From Octopus bimaculoides (lineage: Eukaryota), in assembly GCF_001194135.2 (NCBI RefSeq), contig NC_068993.1, forward strand, positions 17,201,420 to 17,264,984: 63,565 nt of DNA, in the 5' to 3' direction. Shown in pieces: positions 22,291 to 36,529 of this stretch. The notes below the pieces were generated by a model. It saw nothing but the letters and a program-made list of their open reading frames with translations. It did not search any database and was not told where the DNA came from. Position 1 is the stretch's first letter. Every line of letters begins with the position of its first letter. A program made the translations under genes and the position numbers.

Positions 22291-25200
22291 TACTATTCAT
22301 ATATATATGAAATACATACGCATGCACGATACATATACACATAAGCACGTTTATACAAACACACACGATTCACTGATCTGTTAAAACACTGAAATAAGAT
22401 TTCATTCACTTCCTCCGCCAGCATCCAAGTGTTTGCAACATTTCACGTGTTTGTCCCACCTAGTCCCACAGAATCCCGCTCTTGGACCAGTGTCATGCGT
22501 GGTCTTACCCAAATGCAGTAATTGCAGTCTCTATAGTAAGCTTTAAAAGCCCACCCGAGGCTACAATGTATATGTATATATATATATATATATGGAAAGA
22601 GTAAGCAGAATATGAAAGGAAACCTTACCTAGACTGTGTAAATTTTCGGTAATGTTGGATGGGAAACTACGGAAAATGAAAGGTCTCCTTTGCGAAGTAC
22701 CTGGAAGGATATGCAAAGAAGATTATTTACAGAAAATACCTTCAATATCTCGAATTGAAACATACAGAAATCATAACATTTCTAAAGAGAAATAAATAAC
22801 TATACATATATATAAGCACCAAGGTAAACGGGATCGAAGGATGTGGACTTCTGTTGCGGTATATAAATAAAATTTAAATGAAAAAAAAATCCGAGCATCG
22901 TGATAGTACCGGGCTTCTATATACATATATATTTTTTTATAAATATCTATAATACTGCAGAAATTTAAACTCCTATAACATATATATATACATACATGAG
23001 TTCTTATTGATCGTCTTCTAGCAGGTGATAATGAATGCCACGGCTGAAATTAGCCGTCATTTTAAAAATAAAAAGACACCTTCGTCATCATTAGAATAAA
23101 TATTACAAAATGACGTTACTGTTCAAATCTGAAATTTAGCGACTTCCTGTAGACACGAAAACAAACAGGAGTTATTCCCCTTGCTGACAGCGCACCCCCT
23201 ACCTCTCTCTCCACATAAAGTACTGTGTATATGTGCGCGCGCGAGTTTTAGGGGATGTCCTGAAAATCGAAGAGGCTGTATGGTAAGACCTCCCAACTAC
23301 ATAGTTCTGAGTTCAGTCGTACTTCATGGCAACTTGGGCGTCTAATCTTTTACTATAACCCTGAGCCGACCAAGCCATGTGATGGATTTCAAACAGAAAC
23401 TGAAAAAAAGCCCGCCATATATATGTATGTATACATCTATGTGTGTATCTTAGTGTTTTTCTCATCACCACCGCTTGACAATCGGAGTTAGTTTGTTCAC
23501 AGCAATTCGGCAAAAAGAGACCCACAGAATAAGTACAGGTGTCGATTCTTCTACGAAAGCATTGCACGGTCAGAGCCCCAGTCGAAAGACTAAAACCAGT
23601 GAAAGATAAAAGACAACTGTACCCTGTATTGAGTCAACAGACTGTTTTTGAAATTGGCTAATTTGCATAAGGTGTTAAAAATAGTTTCCCTCATTTTTTA
23701 AAGTTGATTGCTAAAAATTAAACATACTGTTTTAGAAGTGTATTAATTTTTGTACCTATATCTTTTATATAAAATATATTCTTTGCTTTTCTTCGTTAAT
23801 TTTCATCCTGTAAACGCTATATATGGTACAATATGATACATTTTAAGAATTTTAGGTGGATTAATAAATATCAAACAGACTTTGCAACAGAAGTTAATTT
23901 GAATCTGTTAAATACAATTTAGTTCTTTAATTTTCATAGTTTATTTTATATTTTAGGTATATATATTTAGACTGCTTCCAGAAGTCTGGTCCTATAGTAC
24001 CGGATAATTGGTCCGGTACTGTTGATAGAGCCGCAACGTCAAGGGAGAGCAGTAGTATCTAGGTCTATTTTTGTTGGTTCTTTTCGTCTATTACGTTTTA
24101 AAGAATGTCAGATTAGCAAAAAAGGGAAAGAAAGAAACTGAAACCATATCTTTTATATTTTACTTGTTTCAATCATTGGACTGCAACCATACTGGAAAAT
24201 CATCTAGAAGGGTTTTAGTCCAACAGATAAACCCCCAATATTTCTTTTCTCTAAAGTCTGATGATACTTATTCTGTCGGTTTCTTCGCCAAGTCACTAAG
24301 TTATGGGGACGTAAACAAAACGGTACTGAGGGACTAACAAAGACAAGCATATCTCTCTCTTTCTCTCTCTCTCAGATTAGATAAATAGATATGCGCGCGT
24401 GACAAGCTTCTTTCAGTTTCGGCCATCCAAATCCACTCAAAGATTTCGTCGGCCCGGGGCAACGGAAGACACTTGTCGAAGATGTTACGCTGTGAGACTG
24501 AACCCGGAATCACGTGGTTTAGAAAACAAACAGCATATCACCCCCACCCCCCCACGTGTATAATATAATTTATAAAAAAAATTAGACAAATCACTCGGGG
24601 ATGCCATAAGTAGTTGAGGTAGTATAACAATATTTAATTGCAGGGAGGCTCACCGCATTAAATGTCTGAAACACACACATGGATCTATCTGTGTGTGTGT
24701 CCCCTTTCATTCTTTTATTTGCTTCGGCCATTGGACACTGGTCACGCTGGGGCACCGCTTTGAAGGGTTTTAAGCCAACCAAATCGAATCTAGTATATAT
24801 TTTAAAGTCTGGTGATACTTATCGTAACAGTATATTTTAACCGAGTCGTTAAGTTAGCGGGGCGTAAACAAACCAACACCCGTTGTTAAGTGGTGATACA
24901 CACACATATAGAACAGACGTACATTATTATTACTTGTCATTTAAACCACCAAAAATTAACACTGAAAATAATAACAATCAAGTGTATGTATGTGTATATA
25001 TATATATATATATATATAGCGTTCCTACATAAAGTCGGAAATTATTTAGTGCGTCGTATGTCTTTAGCATTGTAAATGACGGTTCTCAAAAAAAAAAATA
25101 ATAATAATAAATGTGGGTGTGAGAGAGCGACAGATTTGCCCCACACGCGTTTTCATATTTTTATCATTTTCGATTTCTTTTAAAAACGAAAAGAATTACG

Positions 25201-25400
25201 TTTTAAACGTCCGAACTTATGATTCTTGAAAAACATGCGAAACTTTTGACCGGCAACATCAATATCCCCACAACCACACAGAATCGTAATCTGCGATGTT
25301 TAAAATGTATCTAAAGAAATGGTTTTTGACACAAGTTAATTTCTTTAGGAATACGTGTGTGTGTGTGTGTGTGTGTGCGTGCATTCATATACACATACAT
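22000..25400 (-). promoter_or_regulatory. CpG-retaining interval, candidate promoter / first-exon region
   Basis: CG dinucleotides are visibly frequent here, including in diverged SINE copies at 23270-24530, whereas both flanks are CpG-decayed. Lies directly upstream of the two UTR exons. Confidence 0.45.
22629..22700 (-). other. Probable 5' UTR exon (72 nt) of the 777-aa gene
   Basis: Acceptor tcttctttgcatatccttccag|G and donor CTAG|gtaagg; no ATG. Confidence 0.65.
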
Positions 25401-26216
25401 ACACACACACACGGGTGTCTACTCTTTTCGTCTACCAAAGTCATTCACAGGGCATTTAGATGGTTCAGAACTATAACAGAAAACACTTGCCCCCAAGTGT
25501 CGTGCAGCAGAATGAATCCATGTGATTGCGAAGCAAACTCGTTGACCACAATGCCATAATAGCATCATATATTTTTCTCATAATTATAGTGTGTGTGGAA
25601 TAGTGTGAAACACTGTGCCACCGTACAATGAAAAATATACACTCCTTAACTAACATTGTCAAAATGTAGATATTCTATATCTTTTTATTTATTGTTAGCG
25701 TACTAAATGCTACAGCTGGCCAGACAAATAGATGTCATTTGTGTGACATTAGTATCCCAAGAAAAGACACTGAACACCTGCTGGTTCTATCCACATGCCT
25801 AACAGAGAGCTCACATAAGGTCATAACAACTGCTTTAGTAATGAGAGTAATGACATATAACAGAGAGAGGTTTGTACCTCAAAAACTAGATAAGTCGCAG
25901 CTGTTTCAAACTGCAATATCATCCAGTTGTTTGTTGCATTTTGGAAATGTCTTCTTTACCGCTAATTAAACATGTAAGCTGATCACAATTATTTTCACTC
26001 TTTTATCATTATTTACTTTAGAGTATCTAGATAGGCACAGGCGTAACTGTAATGTTAAGAAGCTTGCTTTCCAACTATGTGGTTTCAGGTTCAGTCCCAC
26101 TGTGTGGCACCTTGGGCATGTCGTTTAATATAACCCCTGGCTGTGAGTGGATTTGGTAGATGGAGACTGAAGGAAGCTTGTATATGTACATACATGTGTG
26201 TGTGTATATGTATATA

Positions 26217-26590
26217 TGTGGAGGCGCAATGGCCCAGTGATTAGGGCAACGGACTCGTGGTTTCAATTCCCAGACCGGGTGTTAGTGTTTATTGAACAAA
26301 AACACCCAAAGCTCCACGAGGCTCTGGCAGTGGGGGGAGGAACCCTGCTGTACTCTTTCACCACAACTTTCTCTCACTCTTACTTCCTGTTTCTGTTGTA
26401 CCTGGATTTCAAAGGGCCAGCCTTGTCACACTCTGTGTCATGTTGAATCTCCCCCAAGAACTACGTTAAGGATACACGTGTCTGTGGAGTGCTCAGCCAC
26501 TTGCATGTTAATTTCACGAGCAGGCTGTTCCGTTGATCGGATCAACTCAACTGGAACCTTCATCGTCGTAACCAACGGAGTGCCACAATT
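26217..26590 (+). mobile_element. tRNA-headed SINE of a separate family, inserted in the microsatellite of a family A copy
   Basis: Head GGAGGCGCAATGGCCCAGTGATTAGGG...GGTTTCAATTCC, unique body, ends in (TA)n. Family A head lies at 26035-26190 and the tail resumes at about 26620. Confidence 0.6.
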
Positions 26591-26619
26591 ATATATATAT
26601 ATATATATATATATATGAG

Positions 26620-29439
26620 TGCATGTTTAAGTGTGCGCATCTCCTGTTCTTAACATTGCAAGACAGATGTAAATGAGTGTCACTATAAAAGCATTGTCGT
26701 TCATTTCTAATCTTCTACAAAAACATATCTGACCATGAGAGAATATTACCTTACAAGGAAACAGGTGAGGATTGGCAACAGGAAGGGTATCCAACCAATG
26801 AAAATCTGCCTCGACAGCCTGTCTGACCCATGCAAACATGGGAAAGAGGATGTTAAAAGTGATGATGATGATATCAAAATCTTTCATCAAACACCTGTAA
26901 TTTCAGCACTAAATTGTATATGACATCTATTGGAGCTTTATCGTCTAAGTTGGTCAACAATTTATATAGGACAATGATGATGCTGCCTCATGCACATGAC
27001 CTAGACGCTAAATTCTTGCTAATTCAGCCTACCTAACTCCATGAATAGATGTCATCATCATTTTAATATCTTAATTTTCCAAGCTTGCATAGGTCAGATG
27101 AATTTGTTGAGGCAGATTCTCTACAGCTGGATACCTTTCCTGTCACTAACACTCACCTATTTTCAAGCAAAGTAATATTTTCCCATGGCCAGACACATTT
27201 TTCATGGAAGACTGGAAATGAACAGCCTTGCTTGTATAATGATGATGCACATTTACAACCATCACATGATGTCTAGAATGTGGTACAAATACACACACAC
27301 ACACAAATGCATGCAGAACAATCTTCTTTCAGCTCCTGTCTACCAAATCACCCACAAGGCTTTGGGTGATCCAGTACTATAGTAGAAGACACTTGGCCAA
27401 AGTGCTGCAGAGCTGGACTGAGCCAGAGACCACATGGTTGGGAAGCAAGCTTCTTAAACAACACAGTCTTATCTGCATTGTAAATCATGTTTCATGAACT
27501 GGCAGTAAATGGATTTCATATAGGTTTTTGACAATAAATAGTCGAGTTGTTAGATCAACAAAACTATCTTCTCGTCAAATTACTACTGTACAAGACATTG
27601 AGTAATTCACAGACACTTGTACTCTTAACCTTTCTGACAACATGTTTTAAAGTGATCTAAATTAGAACTTTCTATCTTTTATCTTTCACTTGTTTCAGTT
27701 GTTGGACTGTGGCCATGCTGGGGCACCAACCTGAAGGATTTAGTCGAACAAATCGATCCAGTATTTTTGTTTTTGAAGTCTGGTACTTGTTCTGTCAATC
27801 TCGTCTGTCAAATCACAAATCTACAAGGATATAAACAAACCAACACTGGTTGTGAAGTAGTGGGGGAGGGGGACAAACACAAAGATACATAACACACAAT
27901 GGGCTTCCACACAGTTTCCATCTACCAAATTCACTCACAAGGCTATATAGTAGAAGACACTTGCCTCAAAGTGCCATGCAGTGAGACTGAACCCAAAACC
28001 ACAAGGTAGCAAAGCAAGCTTCTTAACCACTAAGACACCATGTTAATTTCATGTAGAATAGAAGTTATTTTACTAATTTCATTATCTTCAAAATTAAATG
28101 AAATAAAGGCAATGTATTTCAACAGAAATATGGCAACAAAAGGGTTAATGATTCCTCAAAGAGGAGAATCAAAGTGTGACATTGTGCAACAAGGCTGTCC
28201 ATTCAAATTATAGGCATACTCCAACCAATAAGCTTCCACAGTTTCCCTCAACCCAATTTCGCTAATCAGAAAGGTTTGTATCAATCAGAAGGTGCAGTAG
28301 AAGAAACTTGGCTGAGGCACAAGTCCCTTAACCCCTTGGGGGTTGTTGCAGCCATGCAGCATATGTAGAACAAGAGAGCCTGGCAGAGCCCATCCCTCTC
28401 CAGGCTAAACTCATTTCTACAGCTGAGAGGACTAGAGCAACATGAAATGAAGTGTTTTGCTCAAGAACACAATGCGTTGCTCTGTCCAGGGACTGAGACC
28501 ACAATCTTACGATTGTGAGTCCAACACCCTAACCACTAAGCCATATACCTCCACTTACATTACAGAGATAGAAATATTGTTTCTTACTGTACTCTTCCCT
28601 ATATAGAATCTCAACACAAAAAAGACCAATAAGTCCAGTCTTCTTCACAATACCTTCAATAGTATGAAAGAGAAGAAAAAAAATTCAGGTTTAGATATTG
28701 ACTTAACAGTGCTTTTAGTTCAATTAAAGTTGACAGTCAAGTTCATATTTCATGGAGTTGATAATATTATTTCACATTCTCCAACCTACAAACTCCAGAA
28801 TAAATGTTTACTCTTACAAGGTTGTGCTGACATCATTTCAAATGCCCAAAAATTAGCAGTACTATATAAATATATCTACACACACACATGCCCACACACA
28901 CTATACACAAGTATAAATACATATACCCTATATGCGTGTGTGTGTGTAATATCTATATAATACCTCCAAACAAGCAGGCATGCACACACACACACTTATA
29001 TAAAAACACACACACACACCTACATACATGCACACACATACATTTGTATGATACAGTTGGCCAGTTTTCATTATTAGTATCTTAGTATTATTAATAAACA
29101 ACTCACACAGATGACACAGTTTAATGACAAAGCACGGTTGCTAAGCTACTGTCCACACAGAGTAATTAGATACAATACAATTAAATATAGATCCTTTGTG
29201 GATGCTCAGACATAATAAAGCTGCAGTGAATGATGAGGAAAAAAGGAGAAAAAAAATCACCAGAAACGAAAATAGCAACTAAGAATTGATGATTATAACC
29301 ATTTCTCTAGTAGCCACATGATTATTAAACCACAGGATGTCCATCTTGCATACACACCTGTCCTAATATAAAAGCTTAATAGGCAAGGAATTAAAATACC
29401 AAACTGTTAAAGCTTAAACCAAACTGGTGATATTTCATT

Positions 29440-29472
<33 letters not shown>

Positions 29473-29704
29473 GAAAACTTACTTGAGCTAATCATAGACC
29501 ATCTACGTGGCCGTTCAACTTGCTAGATACAGAAGCCAAATGTCTGTCAAATAACACCCAAGCATCTTGGAAAAAAAAGAACAGATTGAAGAATGAAGTC
29601 TTAGATATACTAGGTCTTAAAATTAGAAGAGATAGTCACAGCTGGAAGGCTTTTGACAAGAGATTTACACAGTCAGAACTGACCTGGGCTATCTCTGAAT
29701 AATG

Positions 29705-29750
<46 letters not shown>

Positions 29751-30622
29751 TTTATCTTTTACTTGTTTCAGTCATTGAACTGCAGATATGCTAGAGTATC
29801 ACCTAGAAGGGCCTAGTTCAGGGGTGGGGAAACCCCTGCCCGTGGGCACAATTGCGCCCACAAGCCCATTTTATTTCACCCGCAGGCTGATATACTCGTA
29901 TGTACAAAATATAGTAAATTTTTCAATTATAAAATTTATACAATATTCGTATGTCTATTTCCGATATAGATCACATTTCTACTACGGCTTAAAACGGTTA
30001 GACTTGCATAGAGAATCGTCTGGTAGTTGCCATTTGAATGGAAATTTTGTTTTCCCTATAAAACATATAAATATAGAAACCTCATAAGTAGTATAAATGT
30101 CCTGAAGTCAGTGGCGGCGTTAATGAAGATTTACACAGATATAAGAGTTAAAACTTGTGATCTGCCTGTGGACAGTTTTTTGGGGGAGGGGAGGGATTTT
30201 TGACCACTGCACTAAAAAGTTTTCCTACTCTTGGTCTAGTTGAATAAATCAACCTTTGTACTTAATATTTTTAAGTCTGGTGCTTATTCTATCGGATTCT
30301 TTTGCTGAACCATTAAGTTGCATGGACGGAAACAAACCAACACTACACTGGTTGTCAAGCAGTGGAAGGATAAATATAAACATATAAACATAAAAACATA
30401 CAAGCACAAACACACACACACACATGTGACAAAGATTTTGTCCACCAAATTCACTCACTTGGCCCAGGGCTACAATAGAAGATAAACAAGATTTCATTAA
30501 ATATGAAGATTTAAATTAAAACAAGTTGTTAAGAAGCTGTGTGCAGCACATGGGACAAATGAATTCTACCAAAGCCTTGTGAGTCGATTTGGTAGACAGA
30601 CAGACACTGAAAGAAGCTAATA

Positions 30623-30653
<31 letters not shown>

Positions 30654-31510
30654 TATATATATATATATATATATCATCATCATCATTTAACATCTACTTT
30701 TCCAAGGTTACAGGGGTCAGATTTTCTACAGCAGGATACCTTTCCTGTTGCCAACCTTCGTCTGTGTCCAAGCAAAGAAATAGACGTTTTTCATAGAAGA
30801 CTGGGAATGAACAACCTTACTTGTATGACAGTGATGCTCATTTGCGATGTCTAAACAGGAGAACATACAAACACACACACGGAGAAAGAGAGAGAGGTAG
30901 ATAGGTTTCTTTCAGTTTTCATCTACTAAATCCACTCACAAGGCTGCCCGAAGAGTATTTTACAAGGCACTTGCCCAAGGTGCCATGCAGCAAGACGAAG
31001 CCCAAGACCACATGGTTGGAAAGCAAACTTCTTAAGCACAGAGCCACACACACATATATATGTATGTGGGGGGGAGGCAATCCCTTTGTTTTGATATTGC
31101 AGGATGGTTGTAAATGGGCACCATACATTTTCAATCTTTGATGAAAAATATATTTGGAATCAGGTGAGGATTGGTAAGAGGAAGGGTCTCTACCCACAGA
31201 AAATCTGCCTTGACAATTCCATCTGACCCATACAAGTACAGAAAAGTGAACATTAAAACAATGAGGATGGTAAATGAATAACGAATAGACAGACAAGCAG
31301 ATTGACAGAGATATAACCAAACAGAGACTAATGTATAATAATTTCTTTACTATAGGCAGAAGGCCTAACATTTTAAGGGAGGGGGCTAGTTAATTACAGC
31401 AACCCCAGTGCTTCACTGGTACTTATTTCATTGACCCCGAAATGATAAAAGGCAAAGTCAACCTCAGCGAAATTAGAACTCAAAAAGTAATGATAGATGA
31501 AATGCCAAAA
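26620..31510. repeat. Dense cluster of CpG-decayed SINE copies (families A, B, C and D)
   Basis: Recurrent AGAAGACACTTG, GGAAGGG[C/T]ATCCA, AAAGGCAAAGTC and GCTCAAGAACAC motifs. Confidence 0.75.
29819..30233. mobile_element. hAT-type MITE nested in a family A SINE
   Basis: Diverged TIRs CAGGGGTGGGGAAAC / GTTTTCCTACTCTTG; 8-bp TSD GCCTAGTT / GTCTAGTT; SINE sequence continues on both sides. Confidence 0.75.
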
Positions 31511-32224
31511 CTTATGTATAATTTATTTGCTATTTATTGTAACCAGAACTAAATTATTGAAATAATTCCAGACTTATTTTCCTTCGTATATCACAACATC
31601 TGAAAGTAAAGTTCCTATGTGATTGCTTAACCTTCCAGATGTAGTAACAAATTCTTCAACTCAAACCCATAATTATTTTTAAATGGAAGCAAAAAAACAA
31701 ACATGGGACAATCATCACCAGAAACCCCTTCCTCAAATGTCTACTCAATCAAACAACCCTGAGGTAAAAAACAATATCCGAAAGAGTTAGACAGACAGAG
31801 AGATGGATAAAAAAAAAAGAGTGAAATAAAAAGAAGTGAGATTAAAAAGTGCAAAAGATTGAAAAGGGAGAAAAACTAGGGAAAGAATGAAGAGAAATTG
31901 CAAAGAGAGAACAATGAAGTAAAAATAGTAACAACAAAAAACACTTTTAAATTTATGTTTTCAAATCCTGATGAGAAATTTTGAATGTTATTTTAGTAAG
32001 TGTCAATGAGAACAGGATAATACAAATAAACAATGATGGTGTGAGAGTATGCGTGTGTGTGTGTGTGTGTAGTTGTCCAACCGATGTCTACAAGGATATT
32101 AAATGATGATGATGAGATATATATATCCAAGTACTGCAGAAAGGAAGAAGGAAATACATTAAATAGCGCTGGTGCAATAAGGAACCCAGACAGAGGTAGT
32201 CATTAAAAACTACTGATATATATA

Positions 32225-32415
32225 TCATCATCATCATCATCATCGTTTAACGTCCGCTTTCCATGCTTGCATGGGTTGGACGATTTGACTGAGGACTGGT
32301 GAAACCAGATGGCTACACCAGGCTCCAATCTGATTTGGCAGAGTTTCTACAGCTGGATGCCCTTCCTAATGCCAACCACTCCAAGAGTGTAGTGGGTGCT
32401 TTTACGTGCCACCCA
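32225..32415 (-). mobile_element. SINE family C (V-domain-like GGAAGGGCATCCAGCTGTAGAAAC, (GAT)n tail)
   Basis: Similar copies at 36355-36780, 40880-41100, 45540-45725, 46140-46410 and 47570-47800. Confidence 0.7.
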
Positions 32416-32716
32416 ATATAAATAATATATATATACATATAATGCAGATTAACACTATCCCTCCATGTGATCAACTTGAAAAAAAATTGTTAAAATATTT
32501 TTCTTAATATGAAACTAATAGTAGCCTTAATACACAAATAAAGAAATTTTATCCACCAATGTGGTGTTGGGCACTCATTCGTTTACATCACATTCACTCA
32601 GAAGACATTGTTTGACCCAGAGCTATTGTAGAAAACATTTCCCTAATGTCCCACACAGTGAGAATGAAATCAAAACCACATGGTTGGAAAGTGACCTTCT
32701 TAAAACCACACAGCTA

Positions 32717-32757
<41 letters not shown>

Positions 32758-33544
32758 TATTAATGAGGGTAGAAATTGATATTGATCAATTAAAACCAGT
32801 GGTCTAGCATATTAAAAAATCCGAAGATTAAAATTATATTACATACAAGAATAAGAGGAATGACCAGCAAATGTGGATTCCTGAATGCTAGAAATAGATG
32901 CCGAATCATCCGACCACGAAAAAGTATGCTCTCAGTAGAAAAATCAGCGACACAACAGACTGTCTTACTCATTTACAGTCTGTTGTGTCGCTGATTTTTC
33001 TACTNNNNNNNNNNNNNNNNNNNNNNNNNNNNNNNNNNNNNNNNNNNNNNNNNNNNNNNNNNNNNNNNNNNNNNNNNNNNNNNNNNNNNNNNNNNNNNNN
33101 NNNNNNNNNNNNNNNNNNNNNNNNNNNNNNNNNNNNNNNNNNNNNNNNNNNNNNNNNNNNNNNNNNNNNNNNNNNNNNNNNNNNNNNNNNNNNNNNNNNN
33201 NNNNNNNNNNNNNNNNNNNNNNNNNNNNNNNNNNNNNNNNNNNNNNNNNNNNNNNNNNNNNNNNNNNNNNNNNNNNNNGGGGGGGGGGCTCTGAACAACA
33301 CCATTTAAGCAGCATTTTGTTTGCAATGACTGCTGAGGTGGATAGATCATCCCAAAACCTCATATGCCAGACATCCTGGTCCTCTGTCATCTCCTCTGTT
33401 GAGGTTCCGGGTCTTGCGGCCAGTCTAAATTAAATAATTACCAGACTCAGTACCAAGGTCGATATAATTGCCTAAAACCATGAAGCCAGTACACCAGTGT
33501 GGCTTGAGCCTGAAGGCTGAAACCAGTAAAAGAAGGATGGATGG

Positions 33545-33588
<44 letters not shown>

Positions 33589-35352
33589 GAACACAAAGAA
33601 TGAGAGAGATGTTCACAATTATATAGTTTTCAATTCACTTGGGCAAGTATCTTGAACTATAGCCCTGGTTTGACCAATATCTTGTGAATAGAATGCAGAT
33701 GGGAAACTGTACAGAAGCTTGTTACACTTATTATGTGTTTGTATGCATTTATATCTCCATCAGCCTGGTGTGTGGGTGTTTTGTTTTGTTGCTATTTGTT
33801 CAGTCACAACACAACAGCAGTAGTATGAGATAACCTGATGACAATGTAGTCAGAAAGTAATCCAGTAACTTCAGTCACATCTGTTATAATATAGAGATAT
33901 ACCACCCATACCAGATAATAGAACAATGAGATCTAAACAATAAGTCTTAATGCCCACACACTTTCCAAGGTTTTAATTTATTTGCTGTGTGTGTTTTATG
34001 GCCTACATTGGCAGGAAGACATTTCATTGGAGATGCTTTTATTGTTTATCTCCTTATCAACCCTGATCCAGTAGACTTTGGTAAAAGGTACTGAAGCATC
34101 TGGCCATATTCTCTGACATAGTATATCTAAGATTAATGTGTCCATTTTTTCAAGTAGGTAAGGTATTGAGAAAGATTTCACAGTTGTTTCTAGCAAGTTC
34201 GGAAACCCTATAGAAGTCATTTAGTTGGCTTTAAAATTAGCTTTCTATGCTATGAATTGATCTCTGGCTGTATGGAGCTGTTATTTTTTCAACTGGAGAC
34301 CCCTCCTATCATTTCCCAATGTTTATAAGAATGACTGAAGCAAGCAGAGTTATGTGCCTTGCCCAATAGCATAACACAGTAGAGATATCTTAATATCTAC
34401 ACATGGTGACAGCTTTACAAGCTCATATTTTCGCTTAATACATTTATGTACGCATGCATGTGCACACAGACTGATAGGTGTGAGCATTGTAGAGTTGTGG
34501 TAGATTAAAACTGACAAAACTTCATTTTCAGATGAAGTACTCTGGTGCCTATATATATATATATATTATCTTCGAAACGTCTAGATAGAATAGAGACAGC
34601 TGATGAAGGGATATTCCAAGTGGCTTTCCGTTTTCCTATATGTTCGTTCCGTTGTCTGTAGTTTATTGTTCTAACGTCCTGTACCCTGATATGCATGTAT
34701 ATACACATGTAGATGTAAGTATGTACATATATGTGTGTATACATGTATATATATTCTTTGTATTATATATATATATATATATATTTCGTATGTGTATTTC
34801 GTGTGCAAGATTCTTGATGTGGATACGTGTGTTGAAAGATCATATATTCAAAATAAATGGAAGTGGAGAGACAAGTTACTGAAGAGATTGCAAGAGTGCA
34901 ATGAAATAATTTAACAAAAAACTATATAAATTAATAAAGGACTAAACCAGTGCGTGTGTTTATTACCGGCATAATGCCTCTCCCAAGGTTTAATTGTATA
35001 TATATATATATATATATATATAATTATATGTATTTATTTTCTCTTAGTTAACAATTAACTCTGACAAAATAAATTGGTTAATAGTTACCAGGGTAGCAAA
35101 GTTCACAAAATAACTTTGGTGCAGCTCCTGTTTACGAGGTAGAAACTCCCTGTTAATTTGAGGTATTTTGAATAAATATAAAATTTACATGCGTATAACT
35201 CCATTTATTAAATAAATATATATCATCTTAGCATCTACTTTTCCATGCTTGCATGGCTCAGTACTCTGGTACCTATAATTCCCCAACCACTGTCAATAAT
35301 CTGGGTGAAGATGGACTCCTTCAAACATTCCAGTTTATGGTTCAGTCTAAAG

Positions 35353-35890
35353 CAGTGGCTCTTAACCAGGGTCCATATGACCATTGGAGGTCCATTCTAA
35401 GATTTTGCTGTTAAATTTTATGTGTAATAAATTGGTTATACTTCTACAATATACAAAATATTTTTTTCATACAATTCCTAATATTTAATTATAAAAATAT
35501 AAATAGGATTTTTTTAAACATAGAATGGTTATGAGAGTCCACCTGAGTGAAATAAGGATAAAAGGAGTCCATAAGCAAAAAAACAGTTGAGAAAACCATT
35601 AGTCTAGAACATGGATTTTCAAAGTGGGTGCTCCCCCCCCCCTTGGGTTGGCCTTGAGACAGTCCAGGTGGGCACTGGTGCCTAAGGGGGCGGTAGAGAA
35701 AAAGGAAGCAGTGGATTGGGGGACACAATGAATTTATTATATTATTATAGTATTGTATAGAAATTATATAATATATTAAATATCAAATTAGTAAAATATA
35801 AAATATTTATTAATACATAAAAATAAGGGGAGCTGGGGGTATTATGTGGCCATGAGGAGGGGGGTGGCCCAAAAAGTTTGAGAACCTCTA
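35353..35890. mobile_element. Two hAT MITEs in tandem (35353-35601 and 35610-35890)
   Basis: Ends CAGTGGCTCTTAACC...GTTGAGAAAACCATTA and CATGGATTTTCAAAGT...AGTTTGAGAACCTCTA, bounded by 8-mers GTCTAAAG, GTCTAGAA and GTCTAGAG. Confidence 0.7.
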
Positions 35891-36529
35891 GTCTAGAGGG
35901 AGTAATTTATCCCCAACAAACCCTTTTACTGACAACTCAACAATCTTTTAAGGGCTAAGGGGACATATTTATGCACAGATAAATAGTGAAATTGTGTAAA
36001 TTATCCACAGAATATGCTCAGTATTTGTATTTAAGTTTGTATATATTGTTTAAACATAAATCATTACATCATCATTACTTTTAGTTTCTGAAAAAGCAAA
36101 ATAGATGTGTTACTGGATATTGTTGTTGTTATTGTTTTGTAAATGTAGTGAGCTAGTGAAATCTTTAGCAAGTTAAGACAAAACACTTGGTGGCATTTCT
36201 CCTGGCTCTTTACGGTCTGAATTTACATCCCACTATGGTCTTATGGTCAACTTCGCCTTTCACCCTTCCAGAGTCAATAAAATAAGTACCAGTCAAGTAC
36301 TGGAGTTAACGCCTTCTCCTCTCAAGACTGCTGGCTTTGTGTTAGAATTCATCATCATCATCATTTAAGGTCCATTTCCCATGCTGGTATGGACTGGACA
36401 GCTTGACAGGAGCTGGCAAGACGAGGGGTCACACCAGGTTTTACAGTCTGTTTTGGCTTGGTTCCTACAGCTGGATGCCCTTCCTAATGGCAACCACTTT
36501 ACAGAGTGTACTGAGTGCTTTTTACATTG

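Noticed and set aside
32934-33004. Perfect 30-bp inverted repeat with an 11-nt loop, resembling a pre-miRNA or MITE
   Set aside because: The right arm ends exactly at an assembly gap and the sequence after the gap (per the ORF track) and perfect identity are typical of fold-back read or gap-filling artefacts; needs long reads to be credible
34565-34620. Hammerhead half-motifs (CGAAACGTC ... CTGATGAAGGG)
   Set aside because: Stems I and II cannot be paired consistently; at most a decayed Penelope-type fragment
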